Positions 57,800-64,000 of a stretch of DNA of 64,000 nucleotides are shown here, piece by piece; positions within the stretch are counted from its first letter, which is position 1, and the number at the start of each line of letters is the position of its first letter. The notes under the pieces were generated by a model that was given only the letters and a program-made list of their open reading frames with translations, was not told the DNA's origin and made no database searches. Source of the DNA: the human T2T-CHM13v2.0 reference genome, Homo sapiens; NCBI RefSeq assembly GCF_009914755.1, contig NC_060940.1; one strand, written 5' to 3'. A program made the position numbers and the translations under genes.

Positions 57800-58945
57800 G
57801 TAGGGTCAGGGCCAGGCTATATGGAACCTGATGGTTATAGAATTTCAAGGCCCTCTGTAAGAAAAAGATTGCAAAAGTACAAGCAAAAACATGTTACAAA
57901 AGTAAATATTTATTTAGAATTAGAATATAAATCACAACAAATTGCCCAAATTTCTCCAATCTTACCAAAAAGCACAAACATCACAAAATTCGAAGAAATA
58001 ATGTAATATTCTGTATTTATTATCTCCTTGATATAATTCCAGGATACATTTTCTTATTCCTTTTAGCTGCAAATTCTTTTATTGCTTTTTCATATGACAA
58101 CAATTTTGTAATACTTTTCATAGAAAAGAAAGATTATGGTTTTGTTGATTGGGATGTATTTCTGTTATTATTGATGATTGTGTTTTATAAAACGTGTCTA
58201 TACAGTGAGAACTGATTGTAGTAGAACTGAAGGATTTCACCCTAAATATTCAAAAGATCTAATGAATTTTATTTAATATGATTCCCATATACATATATAA
58301 ACTATGTGATATTTAAAATTGTATTAGCTGTATTTTTCTAGTATACTCCTTTTGGTAATAAATTTTATTTTGAGTAGTTATCAGTGAGAGCCAAGTCAGT
58401 TACACACATTTTATATATCTTATGATTGGAAGAATTTTTTACAGACTTGTTTCTACCATCTTTCATTTCAAGTCTTATTCCTCCCTCACTGCTCACTTAT
58501 TTCCAGGGCTTGGGGCTACAGAGCCCAGGCACATCATGAAATAACCTTTTCCCAGCATTTTCGTATCATGACTCCTGATGGGTATACATAGTGGGTGGAA
58601 CACATGTTTCTTGAAGGCATTCCTACACTGGGTTGTAGCAATAGTTTAATTCTCCATAAAAGTGACTGAAAACTACATTAATATGTCACGCTCAATCACA
58701 CTAAATGTATCTCCCACTCAAATCTCTTGGATGGATCACCAAAATGCCTGTGCCATTTGGACAACCATAACACAAGAGGAAGTGTAATTAAGAAGGTTGA
58801 TGGGATATCATTAATAGTCTTAACTGATAGCAGGTAAAATACTTTGTCTTTGACATTTTTAGAAAACTTATGACCATATACATGCATTGCTAGGCTTCCT
58901 CCCAGGGTCTTGAAGAAAACCAGTGTAAGTAAACATCCTTGAAGC
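57800..58945. mobile_element. Probable old hAT (Tip100-like) DNA transposon remnant
   Basis: 'cagggcc' terminus and AT-rich interior; weak recognition only. Confidence 0.3.
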
Positions 58946-59957
58946 ATGAGATGAGATTGAGAAATTGTAGAAGGTTCATAGATGTGATAAAAGAGAGGGA
59001 AGGAGGTGAGGTTTTTATTGCATAAATTATGGGATAAACTGAAAGTTTTGGGGGTTGGTATTTATTTTATTGGCTGAGTCGAAGTATTCCTGCCTCTAAA
59101 TCCATACGACACAGATTTGAAATGGATATTTTACTCTCTCAACCTCCACCCATTTGGTATTTTACCATTTTCAAAACCTTTTTACATTCGTGATCTCATT
59201 AGAATGCTATGTTCTTAAGTTTTCCCATAGCATCTAGCCTATTTTAAGGTCCTCATGTAATGTCAGTGGTCTGTGTTTTTGTATGTGCACATGTGTGCCT
59301 TCTTCTGACCAAAGAGAATTTATTATTGAGCCACACATATCTTTTAGGATGAGTGTTCTCCAAAGATCCTAGTTGAACTTCTCTATCTGTCTACTAGACA
59401 GGAGCGGATATGGATCCTAAGATAGGTTAAAACTGAGAATCACCCCACCAGCTTCAAAACATACCATCTTTTAATAAATATACCCACAACACTGCCCTTC
59501 ATTTAATAATAAATATTCATTCAATATCTACTATGCCGTGAGCACTCTGCAGAGTAGTTGAAGAAAACAATGAGCAAAACTGGGAAACACTTTGATGAGA
59601 AGCAAAAAGATTATGGGTGTTCTGTCTAAAAGTCTCTTCGTCATCTCAGTCCCTGTCCATCTTTGAGCTATTTCTCAGCTCTGCAAATTGTAGAAAACAG
59701 ATAGCAATGCAAATGATTCTTGTGCATAGAAATGCAAATTCTGTCCCATGGAATGCAATTGATTCTTGCCCTGTGGACATCGACCAGTTTTGCTTCTACT
59801 TGTAAATTATTTTCAATATTCCTGATGTCTATATGTGTATCTGCTTTTTGGATTCTTCTTTGAATTATTTGTAACATCTTATGGGTTTCTGCATTAACTA
59901 AAGGGTTAAATGGAATCTTTTGACAAACATTCATGTTATATTTGTAAGAGAATCATG

Positions 59958-60033
59958 ATTTTACTGTTTTTAAACATTGCAACCTCAAAACTCAAAATTT
60001 TACTATTTTTAAACATTGCAACCTCAAAACTCA
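59958..60033. repeat. Tandem duplication, 2 x 39 bp
   Basis: 'tttttaaacattgcaacctcaaaactca' occurs twice. Confidence 0.92.
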
Positions 60034-60691
60034 GCAACACAAACAAAATGGGCTTCATGGAGGTTACAGCTTGAATACACACATTAACCACATTATCTCA
60101 TGCAACTACACATGGGCAGGCTCTTTGGGAGTCCCGAGAATCTATACCAGGGGGAACTGATATTGTCTATTTGATCACTGCAGACTCCCCTGTGAAAGTG
60201 ACATCTGAGTTGACCAAGCATGGGGTTTATAAGGTATGTAGCATGTGTAGGAGGAGAGAGGAATTTAGGAGCAAGTCAGCTTGTCACAGAAGCTGCCCGA
60301 AATCATTTCTTCCAGGAGGAGATTTGTGGTCCTGCGAAGGGTGGGCTTTGGACAATACTTCAGAGAAGCTGGAAGATTTGGCAGCTGCCATTGTCTGTGC
60401 TTTGTGATAAGAGAGTCTGCCAGTGAGTGATCTTCAGATGGGCTGAGGCCAGAGGTTTGGGGAGATGAGAGCTGAGAACCTGGGGGTTGGCTGTCGCTCA
60501 CCTCCCTTTCCTGGGATGAGTGTTCCAAGCACTTGCTTTGATGATCAAACAGTCTCCTTTTTGAAACACATTCACTCTAGGCTTTGACGACAACACTGCA
60601 TTTCAAAAAGTGGTGGCATCATTAGGAAAGAAGGATCCTGGCTTTGTGACCAGCATAGGACATGACACCTATTTCCACCAAATTTCATTGT

Positions 60692-61296
60692 GTTTTTTTT
60701 TTTTTTTTAATTTTTATTTTTTTTATTGATCATTCTTGGGTGTTTCTCGCAGAGGGGGATTTGGCAGGGTCATAGGACAATAGTGGAGGGAAGGTCGGCA
60801 GATAAACAAGTGAACAAAGGTCTCTGGTTTTCCTAGGCAGAGGACCCTGCGGCCTTCCGCAGTGTTTGTGTCCCTGGGTACTTGAGATTAGGGAGTGGTG
60901 ATGATTCTTAACGAGCATGCTGCCTTCAAGCATCTGTTTAACAAAGCACATCTTGCACCGCCCTTAATCCATTTAACCCTGAGTGGACACAGCACATGTT
61001 TCAGAGAGCACAGGGTTGGGGGTAAGGTCACCGATCAACAGGATCCCAAGGCAGAAGAATTTATCTTAGTACAGAACAAAATGAAAAGTCTCCCATGTCT
61101 ACTTCTTTCTACACAGACACGGCAACCATCCGATTTCTCAATCTTTTCCTCACCTTTCCCCCCTTTCTATTCCACAAAACCGCCATTGTCATCCCGGCCC
61201 GTTCTCAATGAGCTGTTGGGTACACCTCCCAGACGGGGTGGTGGCCGGGCAGAGGGGCTCCTCACTTCCCAGTAGGGGCGGCCGGGCAGAGGCGCC
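60692..61296 (-). mobile_element. SVA (D-F type), 5'-truncated: poly(A), SINE-R and the start of the VNTR
   Basis: 'attgatcattcttgggtgtttctcgcagagggggatttggcagggtc'; VNTR ggccgggcagagg; 14-bp TSD ccaaatttcattgt. Confidence 0.96.
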
Positions 61297-61552
61297 CCAA
61301 ATTTCATTGTTATTTAATAAGGATCATGTCATAGTTTTCTGACCACTTTTATTCTGGAAGCTGGCTACAGGAGATTTTTTTGTGAGCAGACCTCTCTACC
61401 TGGGATGCTCTTTCTCAGAGCATCTCTCTTCCCTGTACTTCATTTACTTTTCTACCCCAGGGTCATTTCCTCTGAATGGCCTTTCCAGATTGCCCCATCT
61501 AAAATGCATCTTTCCCTCAATCTCTACCATTATATCCTGCTGCAGCATAGCG

Positions 61553-62406
61553 TGAAACAGAAATTACGGGAGATCTTTTGGACTGAGCTCCTGCACTAGG
61601 CCCCAGTAGACGGCACCAAACCAAGTGGAGTCGCGCATGCTAAATGCTATATCGTCAAACTAAAACTTAAAGGAAGCAGATAGATCCCCAAACAGGCCAG
61701 TTTTTCCTGAAAACAGGAGGTTCCAGTCTACTTGAGTCAGCATAATAAGAAAGTCTGCTCTGCTTTCACTCTTACAGAAAAGTTAACTTGAAGTAACTCG
61801 ATGTTAAACAATCAGGTTTTCTTTCCCCCTATTGCTCTGTTTCCTTGCTTCCACGTAAAAAAAAAACAAAAAAAAACAAAAAAAAAAAAAAAAAAAAAAA
61901 AAACACTCTTCTGCTACTTCTGCTATTGCCCAGTGGGGCCATTCATTCTCTTTTGTAGAATGGAGGCTGCCTGATTCATAAATAATTAATAAAGGTCAGT
62001 GATATGGTTTGGCTCTCTGTCCCCACCCAGATCTCACCTTGAATGGTAATAATCTCCATGTATCCTGGGGGGGACCTGGTGAGATGTAATTGAATCATGG
62101 GGGCAAGTTTTTCCTGTGCTGTTCTCTTGATAGTGAATAAGTCTCACAAGATCAGGTGATTTTATAATGGGGAGTTCCCCTGCAGAAATTCCCTCTTGCC
62201 TGCCACCATGTAGGGCATGGCTTTGCTCCTCCTTGCCTTCTGCCATGATTGTGAGGCCTCCCCAGCCATGTGGAACTGTGAGTGAATTAAACCTCTTTCC
62301 TTTATAAATTATGCAGTCTTGGGTATGTCTTTATTAGCAGCATGAGAACAGACTAATACAGTCAGTTAAATCTATAATTAAATTGCCTGTAATTTTGTCT
62401 TTTGAT
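61553..62406 (+). mobile_element. ERV1-class LTR (subfamily uncertain) interrupted by THE1
   Basis: tgaaa start; 'ctgcactaggcccc...gagtcagcataataag'; resumes after 62365. Confidence 0.55.
62000..62360 (+). mobile_element. THE1 (B-like) solo LTR
   Basis: tgatatggtttgg...gactaataca; TSD gtcag. Confidence 0.93.
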
Positions 62407-62531
62407 AATAAGCTGGCGGCTCTCCTCCACTAGCCATTCTCCCCTCTTCCACAGAAAATTTTAGCTTAGACCAAGGGGATGATGGGGGAAAGTGAAACAC
62501 CAATTAAAATGCCTCTTTATATCCGATTTAA

Positions 62532-62901
<370 letters not shown>

Positions 62902-63699
62902 TGTTGTAAAGCACTTCTTATCCGAGGAACCCGCGCATTCGTTGATGGGACTTACTCAAAAGGAACAGCATTGCAAGGAGGAAATTCAACTGAAAGGATT
63001 TTGATAACTCTCAGGATTGCATATATATTTGTAAGACGTTGTCTTCATAGGTCAGGGGAGGGGTCTTCCAGCCCCAAAGAATCTCCCTTACAGATCATTA
63101 ATGAAGCCACAAGTCCTACTTTTAGGTTTCATTGGCCTTTGTCAAATAGAATTGCTCTGGAAAGCATGGGCATATACGTATTCAAATGTTAGTTTGCATT
63201 AACTCAACATCTGCCTCTTGTAAATTCATTGTTTGGTTTTACCAGATATTAACATCTAGATGTGAATGAGATCATCAGATTATTTACAACCTGAAAGACC
63301 CTCATCAATCAGAGAGTACTTGGTTACATAGTTTGTTGTTGCAATAAGAATACCCTATGTTTATGAGTGACATATGCCAATTACTACATCAAACACATGG
63401 ATTAGCTCATTTATTCCACCCAAACACCCTGTAAAATAGGTTTTATTGTCCCCATTTATAGGAGGAAGTGAACCCAGAGAAGTGAATGGCTTGTGCCCAG
63501 TCACACCAAGATTGGGAGCCAGGATTCAAACCAGGACAGTCTGACTCCAGTGTCCCCTATCTTAGAACCCATACTGTGCTTTTCCTATTTATCCTCTCAG
63601 TTAACTCATACAACCAATGCTGCAAAGGATGACTTCTCTCATATATATTTTTTGTAAACTATAAAAGCTGATGCCGAACGAGTGAAGTGATTTACCTAA

Positions 63700-63880
63700 G
63701 GCTGTGGTTTTCAGACACATCTGCACAGTAGAATTATCCTGAGCATTAAAGCAAATCCTTGCCTAGGCCTATCCTTCACTAAGAGATTCTGATTTACTTG
63801 CTCTAGGTAGAGCTCAGTCACTGATATATATATTTAAAGTAGTCAAGTAGTCCCATGTAGTCAGAGTTGAGAACCACTGG
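63700..63880. mobile_element. MER5A/B MITE
   Basis: 'gagattctgatttac...gttgagaaccactg'. Confidence 0.7.
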
Positions 63881-64000
63881 ACTAAGCTTGCTGAACAAAC
63901 ATGAGATTTTTGACTCAAAATTCTTTAGTCAAAATCCTTGGGCACCATCCAGAGGAGAGGGTTTCAAAGTCCCAATGAAGTTTGTTGGGTTGCCCTATGG

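Noticed and set aside
59668-59934. 88-aa minus-strand ORF with protein-like composition
   Set aside because: No recognisable family, splice structure or retrocopy hallmarks; would need a BLAST search.
60730-61275. ORFs of 73 and 126 aa
   Set aside because: They lie wholly within SVA SINE-R sequence; repeat-derived frames with no gene structure.
61857-61903. Long A tract within an LTR as a second solo poly(A) insertion
   Set aside because: No TSD visible; more likely expansion of a native A run.

Overview
This is human, repeat-rich non-coding DNA (intergenic or deep intronic). The L1HS-Ta diagnostic bases and an SVA identify the species. No protein-coding gene, tRNA, rRNA or CRISPR array is supported; the listed ORFs are short, repeat-derived or unrecognisable. 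Content is Alus, L1 fragments, MIR/L2, MaLR and ERV1 LTRs, DNA-transposon MITEs and microsatellites, plus a few unique enhancer-like blocks. The standout structure is a perfect 116-bp-arm palindrome (32779-33020, 10-nt loop) fused directly to the 5' end of a young, 5'-truncated L1HS-Ta, with one arm inside the target-site duplication. This suggests fold-back copying of flanking DNA during retrotransposition. At least six other local copy or fold-back scars of varying age occur across the window. Repeat subfamily names come from recalled consensus sequences, not a database search.
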